Below, piece after piece: positions 1 to 14,122 of a DNA stretch of 64,000 bases (position 1 is its first letter; each line of letters opens with the position of its first letter). Source of the stretch: Amoebidium appalachense (lineage: Eukaryota; Protista; Ichthyosporea); assembly GCA_963693365.1 (NCBI GenBank), contig CAVNZM010000014.1, positions 3,100,001 through 3,164,000 of the forward strand, read 5' to 3'. The position numbers and the translations under genes were made by a program. Below the pieces are notes generated by a model that had not been told where the DNA came from, ran no database searches, and saw only the letters and a program-made list of their open reading frames with translations.

Positions 1-193
1 GGTCAAACGGTGTGGGAGCGTAATTGCCTGGTGAAAAAAAACAAAAAAAACCCAAGTATCCACACGCACAATTACTCACACTCCTAACGAGCCCTGTTTG
101 TCTGCTCGCTTACATTCACTCACACACGCACATGGACACACTCACTCATTCACTCACTCATTCACTCACTCACTCATTCACTCACTCGCTTAC

Positions 194-242
<49 letters not shown>

Positions 243-263
243 CGCACACACGCACACACACAG

Positions 264-1620
264 GCCATGACAGCCATGGGTATCCTCGGTGCCATCCAAA
301 CCCTTCTCAGCATGTTCCTCGAAAAGCCAGAGGTAACCCCCCCCCCCCCCCCCCCCCCCCCCTTCTTCTCCACTCCTTCCCCGGTAAAAAATGTAGTTTT
401 GGGTGTGTGTATAGAAAAACAAGGGGTTTGGGAGGGATGGACTGGTTGTTTGAAGGAAATGATTTTTAAAAAATAAGTTCTCATGGACACGTTGACCTTT
501 TTGCATGGTGGATGCAAGGTTCTGGCGCTGGCCGTGTGTGCTTTAGGTTAGGTGTGATGGGTGGGTTGTTGTGGGGGGGGGGGGGGGGGGGGGGAGGGGG
601 GAGGGGGGAGACGGGGGGGAAAGGAGGGTGTATACGTGTGGAACGCACATTCTTGTGTGGGTGGGTGGGTGGGTGGGTGGGTTTATGTGGGTGGGTGGGT
701 GCTTGTGCATGTGTGCTTGTGCATGTGTGTGTGTGTGTTTTCTTTTTTGGAGGTTGGGAGAGGGGGGGGGGGGGGGCAGGGGGAGGGAAGGAAATCGGCG
801 TGATCTTTCTGCGCATGAAATCGTCGTGTGTTTGCATTACTGACCGACCAACGATATTCCCAAATTAGTTCCTTGGGCCTCTGGAGCAGGCCGTGCTGCC
901 GTGTGTCGATGCTATTCTTAGAAACAACCACATTGACTTCTTTGAGGATGCCCTCGACATTATGGCCCTCATCACATTTGCTACAAAGGTGTGTGTGTGT
1001 GCGTGTACGTGTGTGTGTTGGGGAGTGGGGGGGTGGGTGTGCGCGTGTGTGGGTGGGTGGGTGTGAGTGTGTGCATGTGTGTGTGTGTGTGTGCGCGCGC
1101 GTGTGGGCAGGCGGGTGGGTTTGTGGGTGGGTGGGTGTGCATGTGTGTGTGTGCGTGCGTGTGTTTGTGTGTGTGCGTGTGGATGTGCACGTGTGTGTAC
1201 ACACGGATGTGGGTGCACGTGTGTGTGTGTGTGTTTGTGTGTGTATATATGCACATGCAGTTTTTGTGTACGAATGTGCCCATACATGTAAGTGCGGGTT
1301 GCTTGTGTGTGGGTGGGCAATGTGGGGGGGTTTGTGCGTGTTAGCGAATCTGCTAGTGCACTGCGAGGGAAATTTCCCAAAAATCCCCGAAAAGAGACCT
1401 ATAAATACGGATATAGGCAGGCGCATTCATACCACTAGAATGCGTAGAGTCAGATGACATGTTAAACGGTTTTGCTTCTGACCGATAAGGTTGGGTATCC
1501 TCGTATCCGGACTGATGGGAGCCAATGCAAACACAGAAAATCAGCCCCGAGATGTGGGCCTTCTTCCCCATCATCTACCAGTCCTTCAAGACGGAGGCTG
1601 CTGATTTCTTCAGCGGTAAC

Positions 1621-1702
<82 letters not shown>

Positions 1703-1709
1703 CTCCCCC

Positions 1710-1740
<31 letters not shown>

Positions 1741-2825
1741 AAAAAAAAAAAAAGGAAAAGGGAAGAAAGAAACAAAGAAGAAACCACTTTTTTTGATTTT
1801 TGCCGCATGGCAGAGACAAGCATCTTGGAGACTGACGGGCAGAAGGGAAGTTGCTTACTCAAAACAGGATGACTAGGGGAAGGAGAGGGGAGAGGGGAGG
1901 AGAGAAAGGTGAAAGTTTGTACCGGGGGAAAAAAAAAAACAAAAAAAAGAAACGACAGACATAGGTGTACACTCCCTGTAAACCACCGTTGTATGTGCAT
2001 TTTAAAGCACATGCACAGCCACGTGGTACCCTGTTTTCCTTTCCGCCCTCTTTTTTTTAAACGTCCCAATCATATCACTGATTTAGAATTAAAATTTGAT
2101 TAAACAGAGATGATGCCCGTGCTGGACAACTATGTGAGCTTTGGCAAGGACGTGCTTCTGTCCCACCCCGACTACATCCAGGCACTGCTGGACATGTGCG
2201 ACTCGGTACGTGTGCATTTGCCCATATATGGTGTCTGCATGCCCATATATGGTATCAATGGTGTGCATGTCCATATATGGTATCAATGGTGTGCATATGC
2301 CCATATATGGTGTCTGCATGCCCATATATGGTTGCCCATATATGGTATCAATGGTGTGCATGTCCATATATGGTATCAATGGTGTGCATATACCCATCTA
2401 TGGTGTCTGCATGCCTATATATGGTTGCCCATATATGGTATCAATGGTGTGCATGTCCATATATGGTATCAATGGTGTGCATGCCCATATATGGTATATG
2501 CATGCCCATATATGGTGTCTGCATGCCCACATATGGTATCAATGGTGTTCATTCGCACCCGCAGCTACGCCTACACACATCCCTCTCCTTCCCACACACA
2601 CACCCCAATACCTCACTTTCCGTAAACCCCCCCCCCCCCCCCCTCTCCTTCCCCCCCCCCTCCCTTACGTCCTTGCTTTCCTAACACCCTCCCCCATACC
2701 GTATGCACACACACCCGCACACACACCCGCACACACACACGCACAAGCACACAAACACGTACTTGCACACACACACGTACACATGTACAAGCACACCTGT
2801 ACACCTGCACACCCGCACGCACACA

Positions 2826-2896
<71 letters not shown>

Positions 2897-2901
2897 ACAT
2901 T

Positions 2902-2932
<31 letters not shown>

Positions 2933-3201
2933 TTGCCAATGCAGACCTTGGGGAGGTTGCCCAGGGCAAGGCCTGCCAGCTGCTCGAGTCTATCCTTTTG
3001 AACCTCCGCGGCCAGATTCACCCAGTAAGACCCCCCCCCCCCTCTCCCCCCCCCCCCCCAAAAAAGGACATTTAGACATGTACACCACATAAACGTTTTT
3101 CCCGGTGAAAAATGCGCGAGTGTGTGCTACATTTGTTTTTGCACCTCCAAACGTCCGTGTGCCGGAATCGATCGGTATTCACACATATGCACTCGCGCGC
3201 G

Positions 3202-3253
<52 letters not shown>

Positions 3254-3611
3254 CATGCATGCGTGCGTGCATGCATGCACCTTTCCCTCCCTATCCTTCC
3301 CCCCTCCCCGCCCCAACCCCCCTCCGTCCAACACACGCCGACGGGCTCACAACCAAATGGGACTACCCCACACTATTTCAACTAGTGCACACTCTAACCC
3401 TTCCCCCTCCCCCTCCCCCCCCCCCCCTTCTCCTACACACAATCACGCTCACGCACACACACACACACACACACACACAGTTCATGCAGCCACTGATCAG
3501 CATTCTGATGAAGCGCTACACCACCGAAATCAACACAAACAGCTTCAAGGTGCTGCTGCTCGAAGTCGTACGTCGCCCACTTATCCTTCCCCCCCACCTC
3601 CCACACACACA

Positions 3612-3658
<47 letters not shown>

Positions 3659-4332
3659 GCATACCGGTCCCCACAAAACCCACAACATACCTCACCCACC
3701 CATCCACCAAAGCAGGTCTGCACGCATGTGTCGCGCACGCACGCACACACACACACACACACACACACCACACTCACTCACACTCACTCACACACTCACA
3801 CACTCACACACACACACACACTCACACTCACACTCACACACGTGCGCAGGCACATACCCATCCACACACTCACTCACAAACACGACGATGCGAGTTAGGA
3901 AGAGGCTGTGGTTGGACATGAGAGCATATAGCGCATATTCAAAGAAACGGGGAAATTGTGCCAAAAAGGGCCCGTGGATGGTGGGGATTTTTTTTGAGAA
4001 GAGGAGAGGAGGGAAAGGCGATTCATTATCATGCTCCCCATTTTTTGTTCTTCTAAAAAACGGTTAGTAAAACCTCTTATGTAACCCTAATTTTAACGCT
4101 TCTCTTTGATTGGACGCACAGACAGCCGAGACGCTCTACTACGATGCGGCCATGTCGTTCCAAATCATGGAGGGCCTGCAGCCGGGCTTCACCCAGACCT
4201 TCTTTAACATGTGGTTCGAGAACCTTGGACGCTTTAAGAGGTGCGTGGGGGTGGCTTCCTTCCTCAGTTGTAGCTCAGGGTTTTTTTTTTTGTTTTTTTG
4301 CCTTCTGCGCTTTTGTTTGACTTGATTCTTCT

Positions 4333-4389
<57 letters not shown>

Positions 4390-4442
4390 TTCCTATTTTC
4401 CTTTTTGGCAGCCCCCCTTTGATTGGGTGGTTTTGTTTTTTT

Positions 4443-4487
<45 letters not shown>

Positions 4488-4643
4488 TTTCTGGAATATG
4501 CTGAGATTTTTTTGTTGGTGATGGTGGTGGTGGTGTTGGTTTTTTTTTTTTTGGTGGGGGGGGGGGGGGGGCACATCGTGCGTCAAGTGCCTGGTTAACC
4601 TCTCTCTCTTTCATGCCCCCCTCCCCCGCCCTCCCCTCTCATT

Positions 4644-4679
<36 letters not shown>

Positions 4680-6148
4680 GTGCACGATCTGACGGTGATT
4701 GCTGCCTCTCTCTGTGAGGTTCTGTCCCTGTCTGAGGCCCAGCTCCCCCCCGCTGTGGCTGCTGGGGTGCCCCACATGCTGCCGGCCCTGATTAAAGTCA
4801 TGCATGATATGCCTGCTGCTATCAAGAGTACGTTAAAGAACACCCCCCCCCTTCACTTCCCCCCCCACTTTCCGCTCGAAGACGATAAAGTTCCGCCCTA
4901 GTAAGCATGTTACTACCCTGCGGCGTGGGTCAAATCTCATATTTTCCCCTCTGATTACGAATTCTGCGGCCTTCGGGACTTAATTCTTTTCAGCTGGTGT
5001 AGTATGTTAGCCAGGGAAGTATCGACTTAGGTATCGACGGGGGAGCTTCCTAGAAGCCCCGTCTCCTGAGTTCCTATCTATATTTTTCTTGCTTCTGCTT
5101 ACTGCTGCAACTTTAACCCCCGGCCTTTCCCACTGCCCTTGCCTGCATAAGCAACCCTGCTCGTCTCTGATCAAGACGGTGACCTACCCATGTTCAAGTG
5201 AAACATTATCTGAGTTGGGTTTCGTTAACGAGGTGAATAGGTCGAAACTCGGGTACTGTGGATGACGTGGGCCCCCCCTGAGGATGGGCTCTGCTTATTA
5301 TGCATACTCTTTATGTATGGCTTGCTTTCTGCATCGTGTTATCCGTTTGTTCTTGTGTACTTCGTACTTTTTGACGCATTCAACCCCCCCCCCCCCCCCC
5401 CCCGCCGCGCGTAAGCCCCCTTATCCCCGAGTAGCATGTTACCATAATCGTTGGCATCAAGGTAAGATTGCAAAAAACTGTAAGGAGAAACAGAACTTAT
5501 GTTTAAGACAATATATATGCACTCGTGTGTGCTTGTGTGTGTGTGTGCGTGTGTGTGCGCGTGTGTACGTACGTCGGCGTTCGTGCATGTCCGTGTCCGT
5601 GAGCATATGCATGTACCTGCAAGTGTTTGTCTGCCCGTGCATGTGTGTGTGTGTGTTTGTATAGTAGAAAAAGTAAATAAACTAATTCTTGTTGCACCCA
5701 AACAGAGCGCAAGGATATTCTTGAGGCCGAAGAGGAGGACAGTGACGAGGAGGAGGAGGACGAGGACATGGAGGATGACGGTACGTACGTGTGTGTATGT
5801 GGGTGGGTGGGTGGGTGGGTGGGTGGGTGGGTGGGTGGGTGGGTGTGTGTGTGTGTGTACGTACGTGTGTTTGGGTACTTGTATACGCGTGTGTGTACGT
5901 GTGGGTGTGCACGTGTGTGCCTGTGCACGTGTATGTGTGTGCGCTTAAATGTGTGTGTACGTGTGTGTACGTCTGTGTTCGTGTGATTGTACGTGTGTCG
6001 GTGTCTATGTGGTACGTACGTATGTGTACTTACGTGTGTGCACGTGCCTGTACGTGCCTGTGCTCATGTACGTGCTTGCGTGTACGTAGCTGTGGTCGCC
6101 TTGTGAGACTGTGACGGAGAAGGGAAGGAGGGTCTTTAAGGGAAGAAA

Positions 6149-6181
<33 letters not shown>

Positions 6182-7113
6182 TTGCTGCGTTTATGTGTTC
6201 ATTAATGTACGTCTGTCCTTCCCCCTGCCTGCCTGTCTTTCCACCTGTCCGTACGTCCGTCAGTCTGCCTGCATTCGACATGAACCTTGCTTCCGCTGTC
6301 AAACCCTTTTAGTTTGTTACGTTTTCTGTGCCTCTCTGCTCTGTCAACTCGCTCATTTTTTCTCTGTTGTTCTCTTGTGAATGACATGGTTGTATTTTTA
6401 GCACCTCGGTTCTAATAATATTTTTCCCCCAATCCAGAGGAGGAAGAGGATGGTGATGAGGCCGATGACTACCTCGAGAAGTTGGACGATGAGGTGAATT
6501 GCCCCCCCTTCTCCCCTAAAAAAAAGCACAGACACACACCCACCACACACACACACCTCCCCCACCCCCCTCCCCGGACAGTCCTTCTGGCACACGATCC
6601 ATACACACACGCACTATTGCCTCCGCACACGCCACGCACCCAAGACCACACCAACACACATATCCACACACAGGCACCGTTGGCACACACACTCACCGAC
6701 GCAGGCACAGGCACACAGGCACAGCCACAGGCATAGGCTCCCATCCTTCCCCATCACCACCATCACTCACTCTTTCTCAGTGCTTTCCTACTCCCTATCT
6801 CTCTCCCTGTATCATCTGACGACCAAAGCCACACCGGAGGTTGGATTTTTTTCTTTCTTTTTTTTTTGTTTGGTGGCAGTATCCCAGCTTGACCCCTCCT
6901 CCCCCCGTTTTTGACAGTATCCCAGCTTGACCCCCCCCCCCCCCCCCCCCCCTGTACTTCGTACTTTTTGACGCATTCAAAACCCCCCTCCCTCCTCCTC
7001 CTCCTCCCCCTGCCGTGGGGCGGGTTCTGCTTATGGTGCATACTCTGTGTGTGCTTTGCAATATCGGCTTTGTTTTGTCCGTCATGGTTGTGTGCTTCGT
7101 ACTCTGTAACACA

Positions 7114-7164
<51 letters not shown>

Positions 7165-8021
7165 AAACACACACACCCTCCCTCCCTCCCCTCCCCTCTT
7201 TTTTCTCCCCCTTTTCCCCCCAAACCAAAATCTCTTTGTCTTTCTATGTGAGCTCCCACAGATATTTTGTCCTGACTCCTGATAAGAATGGCCTAGGACA
7301 ACCGTTTTTGACCTCGTTCAATTCACGAACAGGCAGTGCGATGGTATTCCGTTCTGTGTCGACCACGTTTATTTCACGCACAGGCCATACGGTAATCCTT
7401 TTATGTTGACCCCGTTCGTTCCACGCACAGACCGACTCCTGATAAGAATAGCCTAGGCCAACTCGTCTTTTGACCTCGTTCATTTCACGTGCAGGACGAT
7501 GCCGAGAGCGAGGATCTTGACAGTGACGAGGATGAGGATGAGGATCTCGAGGAGGACGACTATGTGGTGGAGACGCCCATGGACAAGGAGAATGTGTTTA
7601 TCCTAATTAGGGATACATTCAAGGGTACGTACGTGTGTGTGTGTGTGTGTGTGTGTGTTTGGGGGGGGGGGGACCATGGACAAGAAGAATGTGTTTATCC
7701 TGATAAGGGATACGTTCAAGAATATGTACGTGTGTGTGTGTTTGGGGGGGGGGGGGGGGGGGGGGGGGGAGAGGATGTGTGTGTTTGTTTGATGGGGGGG
7801 GGGGGGGGGGGTCCTGTGTCCTGCAGCATGTCTCCTCATATACTTGTACTTCGTACCATGTTCCGCATTCTACCCCCCCCCCCCTATTGTTGCTCTTTGT
7901 TGTCTCCTCCATATCTCCAACCCTCTAACGCATACATCATCACCCCCCCCCCCCCCCCCCCCCCCCCTCCTCCTCCTCCTCCTCCTCTCCGCTCTCCTCC
8001 CTCCCACTTCTGCCCCCCCCC

Positions 8022-8074
<53 letters not shown>

Positions 8075-8333
8075 GCCCACACATTCACATACGCGCACAC
8101 ATTTACATGACGTAAACACACACACACGTACACACACAGACACGCGTACACACACACACCTACACACACACGTACACACGCACATACTTACCTCCATCAT
8201 CACTTCAGGTCTCCGTGGCCGCCCCAAGGCGTCTTTTGATGCACTGATTGCACAGCTCAGCCCCGAACAGCAGCAGCAGCTGCAGGCGGGATTTGCAAAG
8301 GCGAACATTGAGGAGGAGCTCAGAGGTGTGTGT

Positions 8334-8368
<35 letters not shown>

Positions 8369-8684
8369 GGGAGGGGGGAAGGGGGAGGGGGTGGCAGGGG
8401 GAAAGGGGGAGGGGATGGGAGAAAGGGGGGGGGGGGGGGGGGTTGCTGGGTTGGGGGGGGGGAGGGGGGGGGGGGAATGGGTCGGTGGGGGGTTGGGGGA
8501 GGGGGGGGGGGTAGGTTTTGGGTGTGGGTGTATTAGCGTGTATAGTGTGGTGTGGGGAGGCCCCTAGGGTGGCGGGGTGGGGAGGGGGGGGGTGGCAGAC
8601 GTGTAGTTGAATGGGTCGGTCGGTGATGTATGTGTGCAAGCGTGTGTGTGGTTCGGTTGTTTGGGTGCTAAGACCCCTGGCGAT

Positions 8685-8719
<35 letters not shown>

Positions 8720-8834
8720 GAAGGGATCTGTAAGTTGACGATTGTTTTTTCCCTGCCATGCAGCCTCGCTCCAACATAAGGACCAGGGGTATCAGTTCAC
8801 AAGCACAGCCGTGCCCAACAGCTTCAACTTCTGA
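264..8834 (+). CDS. IPO7: Importin-7/8 (Nmd5/Sxm1 family karyopherin), C-terminal part; 5' end lies upstream of the window
   Basis: GT-AG exons joined in frame: 264-332, 869-988, 1537-1615, 2108-2205, 2929-3024, 3481-3567, 4122-4240, 4679-4827, 5706-5780, 6438-6493, 7495-7624, 8209-8325, 8764-8834. Peptides [39 protein letters not shown], the acidic D/E tract and C-terminal [15 protein letters not shown] resemble importin-7 motifs as I recall them. Confidence 0.9.
2207..2548. repeat. Intronic minisatellite with palindromic core CCATATATGG
   Basis: 11 perfect CCATATATGG copies (2222, 2243, 2271, 2301, 2322, 2336, 2364, 2429, 2457, 2485, 2506) plus 3 variants, in 14-30 bp units. Confidence 0.9.
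4868..5383 (+). mobile_element. Poly(C)-terminated non-coding retroposon-like element, long copy (family X)
   Basis: 5148-5383 is near-identical to the reverse complement of 30874-31110 and homologous to 63738-64000. It ends ...gacgcattcaa followed by a C-run. The 5' boundary is approximate. Confidence 0.75.
6953..7114 (+). mobile_element. Two 5'-truncated family X copies (6953-6982, 7021-7114)
   Basis: tgtacttcgtactttttgacgcattcaa(C)n is identical to the 3' end of the 5.3 kb copy. The second copy reads gggttctgcttat..gcatactc..cttcgtactctgtaacacat(C)n. Confidence 0.7.
7274..7494 (+). repeat. Degenerate tandem array of four 3'-splice-site-like units
   Basis: YgaccNcgttYRttYcacgNNcag occurs four times; the last copy is the functional acceptor of exon 7495. 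Confidence 0.75.
7815..7873 (+). mobile_element. Diverged 3' fragment of family X
   Basis: tgtgtcctgcagcatg...tacttcgtaccatgttccgcattcta(C)n matches the 3' end of the 63.5 kb copy. Confidence 0.6.
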
Positions 8835-8840
8835 GCCGGC

Positions 8841-8883
<43 letters not shown>

Positions 8884-9836
8884 TTCCCACCCAACCCAAC
8901 CCAACTTTGTACTCTGCAACGCATTGTACATACTGTGTTCCCATGTGTTGGTGCACGCACAAGCAACCATCGGGGTGAATACTAACAAACACATGCTAGA
9001 CACACACACACACACACACACGCACACAAACACACACACACCAAGACATGTGCAATATATATATATGATTGACTACGTACAAAATTTTCGTCGGTTTCGT
9101 TTGTGGTTGGCGTACCGAAGTGACATTCTGTGTGTCGTCAGCAAAGGCCTTAATAATGGTGATCTTCAACTCTTAGATAGTGATAGATGAGGTATAGCTG
9201 TGTGGGGGTTTCTTTTAGAGACCAAAAAAAAACAGGCTCATTTTGTTGGAATGTATATACATGTTTGCTAGCAAGGACACAGATTCAACTGTACATTAAG
9301 AGTCATATAATACGTGTTTTGCTCCAATATATTATTGATGCCTTCTTTGTTTCACCCCCGGCGCTTTTGCACGTTTGTCTCTTCGGCTCTTTTCGTTTAT
9401 ATTTTCCGTTTGTCCTTGGTTTTTCTATTCTGTTCCTCTGAGCTTTTTGTGAATTGTTTTGTACTATGGTAACTTTAGTATCTCCGTGTTAAGAGATGTT
9501 TGATCGGAATTACAAATGTGATGAAGAGTGATGGGGACGGACAGGCTCCGTCAGAGACCGGTTTCATCGAGTTGGTTCAATAAAAATTGATTTGAATACA
9601 TCGTGGAAGTGTGAGGTTCAATGCACATTTCTCCATCAAAACCCCCGATCGTAACCTGAGCTTCAGAGATTCGCATTCTTGCTCGTTTTTTGACTTTCAA
9701 CATCACTTCCGAACCGCCACACACCTTCTCACACACATACACACATTCGCCCCGTGCACCCATGCACATGCACACGAATGGCCACACGGGCATCCACGTA
9801 CACATGCACTCGTAGGCACGCATGTGCGCACACATG

Positions 9837-9897
<61 letters not shown>

Positions 9898-9905
9898 ACG
9901 GCCAC

Positions 9906-9990
<85 letters not shown>

Positions 9991-11596
9991 ACACACACAC
10001 ACACACATGTCAGAATATACAACAATAGTGCACGAGTTGGCATATGCATTTCGCACGCACGTGCACAGCACGATTCTTCATTAGTTGCACATCTTGGTTT
10101 ACACAGGTTGCACGAGCACATAGCATACATGGGTACGATCGTTTATTTGTGCTTTATCTCCCTTTATTTCATAAGCATGTCCGGCATGCTCTTGTTTGCC
10201 CTCTGTTATTCAATAGGCACGTGTGGTATTCATAGTTTGTTTAGCTATTGGCGATAGCGAGAGGAAAGCACGTATCCGACGATTGTTGTGCATGCTTTTC
10301 ATGTTTCTCAGTAGTCGGCTGTTTTGTCTGCGGTTGGACGGTATGAGGGGAATGCAGTTTGATTTCCGTTCACGTACGTGTCGTTATATGATTGGTCCGA
10401 TTTATAGTATTTATAGTATTTGCCAATCAGATGCGCAAATACCTTTGGATAAATCTGTATTCATGGAATCTGCCTGCGGCAGTTAATAGGTGAGAATCGA
10501 GCACGTAGATTGACAGAACATGCAACTGTGTTTCTACCTCTCCACACTACCCTCTCTGTTAGTGCTGTGGCATCGTGCATTGCCCAGCACCACTATTACT
10601 CTGCACGTGTTTGTGTCTGTTAGTTTAGTGGCCTGATCACCCACGTATACTCTCATTCAAATGCATGTGTGCCCAGGTACGTGTTAGTTGTACTGTGTAC
10701 ACTCTGCTAGTCAGGCGAGAATAGTAGGGACTTTTGCCGTAAGTCAGCACTTTTCTTGCAACACACACACACACACACACAGTGAATTGTTTGTAACACG
10801 CGTACGCCCACCAACTGTGCTGAAAACAACGCCACCTTAGTGGCTCGGCAACGTTGGGTTTGGTAGTTGCAGCAGGTGACCGGATTCCGCGGAAGACGAA
10901 ATGTGTGTCTGGCTGGATGTTTAGTGGGTGGGTCTCGGTACGGTGGTGGTGGCACAGCGACAGATTTATTAATTAAATCATAATATTGCTGAAATCCGAA
11001 GTTCTGCACATCACCACCACCAGCTGCAGCTGATACTATGTACACGTATATTTTATGTCATTGCATTTGGCAAAAAAATAAAAAAATAAAAAAAAAATAG
11101 GAAGGAATTATGCATATGCCACCAAACGGGAAAGCCCAAAAAGGTTGCACGCTATGTGCGGGCCGGTACCCACTCGACGACGGAGTTCATGGCTGGTGGA
11201 CATTGTTGTAGGTTGGATCCTATTAATATTCTCAGGCCTTTCTTTTTTTTTCCCCATCAAACAAAAAATAAAAATCATTGAAATAAAAATAAATGCATAA
11301 ATGCTGATCAGGATGATCAGCAGGTGCTATATTAATAACTCATACCTGAATATAACCAACACACCTCGGTACTGTATGTATAAAAAAATAAGAAAGTGTC
11401 AAATGGGGAAGTCCAACTTAAGCACGTAGTACTACACGGTAACTCAGTAATTTGCACCCGGACCCGATTTTGGTTATCATAAAACTGTTTGGTGTACATG
11501 TAAAAAGGGAAACTTCTATACCATGATTACACAGGCGGGACTCGGGGATAATACCCGGTCCCCAAAAACGGCTGCATAGAATAAAATGATGCGTAG

Positions 11597-12310
11597 TTAG
11601 CTACAACAGCTCATATAGCTGCACGTCTGCAGCTCCTGAAACACACGAAAATTATCGAATTTTGTACATATTAGCGCAGTATTGAGTCTCTTCTCCTCGC
11701 ACGTGTTCCCCGCCTCCAGCCAGCACTTACAAGTCCATATATGATTCCCTTCCATGTTCATAAACTCGTCGCAATCCACGGTGTTTCCATCGAATTCGTT
11801 TGGTATCAGTCCCCATTCATTTTCTGCATATAAGTCCTTTTCGTATTCCTCCTCCCCCAAAACGTTCACCACATCCCCGAGAACGATATTCTCTCCAATT
11901 TCACGCTTTTGGGCCGCATTTTTGCCTTTGTTCACAGCTCGGACAGTTGTTTGCGCTTCCTCTCCCTGCATATCATTATCAGTACTAGTTAATGCATTGC
12001 CAGATGTTTCTTGATCTGTTATGGTTGCCAAACTCGAGGAATAATATGGGGGAGAAGAGACACAACACGTGTTGATGGAACAAACCTCTTCCTCGGGTAA
12101 CCCCTCTGATATTGGGTCGCAGTAGAGCCCCGTGCGTACCGTGCACAATATTATGTTGGCGATTGACGTGATCCATGTTTGGCATGAAATGGATGTTGAG
12201 TCGATAGGTCTTGCTGTTACGTTTGTGAAGTTGATCAGAAGAAAAGACACGCATATGGCCCTTAGGGCAGCACCTGCTGTTGTTAATACACGGGGAGAGA
12301 AGTGTAGCAT
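11597..12310 (-). CDS. Intronless secreted cysteine-rich protein A (unknown family)
   Basis: 237-aa high-complexity ORF with a hydrophobic signal peptide ending A|RP, a 6-Cys domain, an acidic linker and an 8-Cys domain; clear paralog at 19820-20443. Confidence 0.8.
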   Translation of the reverse strand: MLHFSPRVLTTAGAALRAICVSFLLINFTNVTARPIDSTSISCQTWITSIANIILCTVRTGLYCDPISEGLPEEEVCSINTCCVSSPPYYSSSLATITDQETSGNALTSTDNDMQGEEAQTTVRAVNKGKNAAQKREIGENIVLGDVVNVLGEEEYEKDLYAENEWGLIPNEFDGNTVDCDEFMNMEGNHIWTCKCWLEAGNTCEEKRLNTALICTKFDNFRVFQELQTCSYMSCCS

Positions 12311-13569
12311 TTTTGTAGTGTTGCATCGATCCGTGTATTCTGTTAATGAAGTGATTTGCGCACAGGCATATATTATTGTGCGTTATCACACTAGGCAGTC
12401 ACTGTTAATGGCATAAATATGTGCTCTGCGGAGTGTTGTGAGTGAAGGATTTGATTCTCAACTATTCGGCTATCGTGGTTAGCATGGAAGGCTTAGAGTT
12501 TAAAGGCACGCTCTTCCACTGCGGATACAACCTTAATTGCTTCATGCACATGACCTCACATGACCGCGGTCGATGTCATAATGTACAATGGGCACGTATG
12601 ATAGAAGGCAGAAAAAATATATTCATTATGAATGCAAGCTTCGAAAAAGTCCACTAGAATGGGTTCATTGATGAATCAAGGAGCTCTTTTCTACGTTTCG
12701 GGAACCTTTGTGATCTATTGGATCAAAAACTACAATGATGAGTCCGAAAAGCATCCAATCAGCGGCTGCTGGAAAGCAAACAGATATCTGGATGCGTGAG
12801 CGCATGACATTTTACGAATCATCTATCCAAAATATTACTTTTTGCGCAAACTTGCTCTTTGATTCACACTGTTATTTGCCAATCAGAATGACTTATCTAA
12901 GTACAAAATAGATCTTCGAATGCCCTGAAGGCTTTTGACTGAGCCTGCACCGACTCCCCGAGTCGACTCAGCAACCAAGTTGCTGTCAGCAAACATAGAC
13001 AAGGGAAAGAAACAATGAGGAGAGGATCCCGGGTCCTAAGGTGGAAAGAGGTTATCTAGCTTGCGCAAGCGATTTCATGCATGTATGTAACTTTCGCATG
13101 TATCAATGATTATAAAGCCGCGGACACAAACAACAGGTTGCACCAGGGATGACATCGCATTATGATCGAGCGCGTGCGCACACACACACACACAAGGCCC
13201 ACACACGCACACACACGCGCACACACACGCGCGCGCGCACACGCACGTGCACACACTCGAATAGCACCTGCAGCACGCACATGTGCACAGTGTCACATAT
13301 ATCCACACACACAAGCACACAGGCATATGCATGCATGCACCCACACACAGCCCCCAAGCACATAAACCATGATAAATACATGTATAATGTACACCTGCGG
13401 ATACGCGTATTAATTAATGCACCTTCACTCACCGACACACGCACACACACACGCACAGTGTCACAGACAAAAACACGCGCACACAAAAACACACTATCTG
13501 ACATGTGCGCAGATGCTACTATACACGTGTACTGGCATATACACATACAGTCACGCTTGCGAGCATACA

Positions 13570-13620
<51 letters not shown>

Positions 13621-13769
13621 CCGCCCGCACGCCCGCCCGCCCGCACACATGCACGCACGCACGACGCACGCACGCACATAGACGCGCGCACACGCACACA
13701 TACACAAAGAGAGAGAGAGAGGGAGAAAGAGAGAGAGAAAGAGAGCGAGAGACAGAGACTGTGGCGCGT

Positions 13770-13811
<42 letters not shown>

Positions 13812-14023
13812 AGAGAGAGACTGTAGCGCACACACATACACGCGCGCGCGCACACACACAGGTAAGAGAGGGAGGGGGAGGGGGAGCGAGGGGGAGAGAC
13901 AGAAAGAAAAAAAGGGAGGGGGGGGGGGGGGGGGGGGGGGAGGAACGAGAGAGAGAGAGCGCGAGAGGGAGGGGAGAAAAAGAGAGAGAGAGAGACAGAC
14001 AGAGAGAGAGAGAGAGAAGGGGG

Positions 14024-14122
<99 letters not shown>

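Noticed and set aside
2089-2684. Repetitive ORFs (PIYG/HIW/CPYMVS)
   Set aside because: They are translations of the intronic minisatellite in several frames.
5145-5300. Canonical type I/II/III hammerhead or HDV-like ribozyme in family X
   Set aside because: CUGAUCA lacks G8 and sits in a hairpin loop. No circular permutation gives all three helices, and HDV P3/P1.1/P4 cannot be built. Kept only as a non-canonical hypothesis.
7274-7494. CRISPR-like repeat-spacer array
   Set aside because: Repeats are degenerate, spacers resemble each other, the context is a eukaryotic intron and there are no cas genes.
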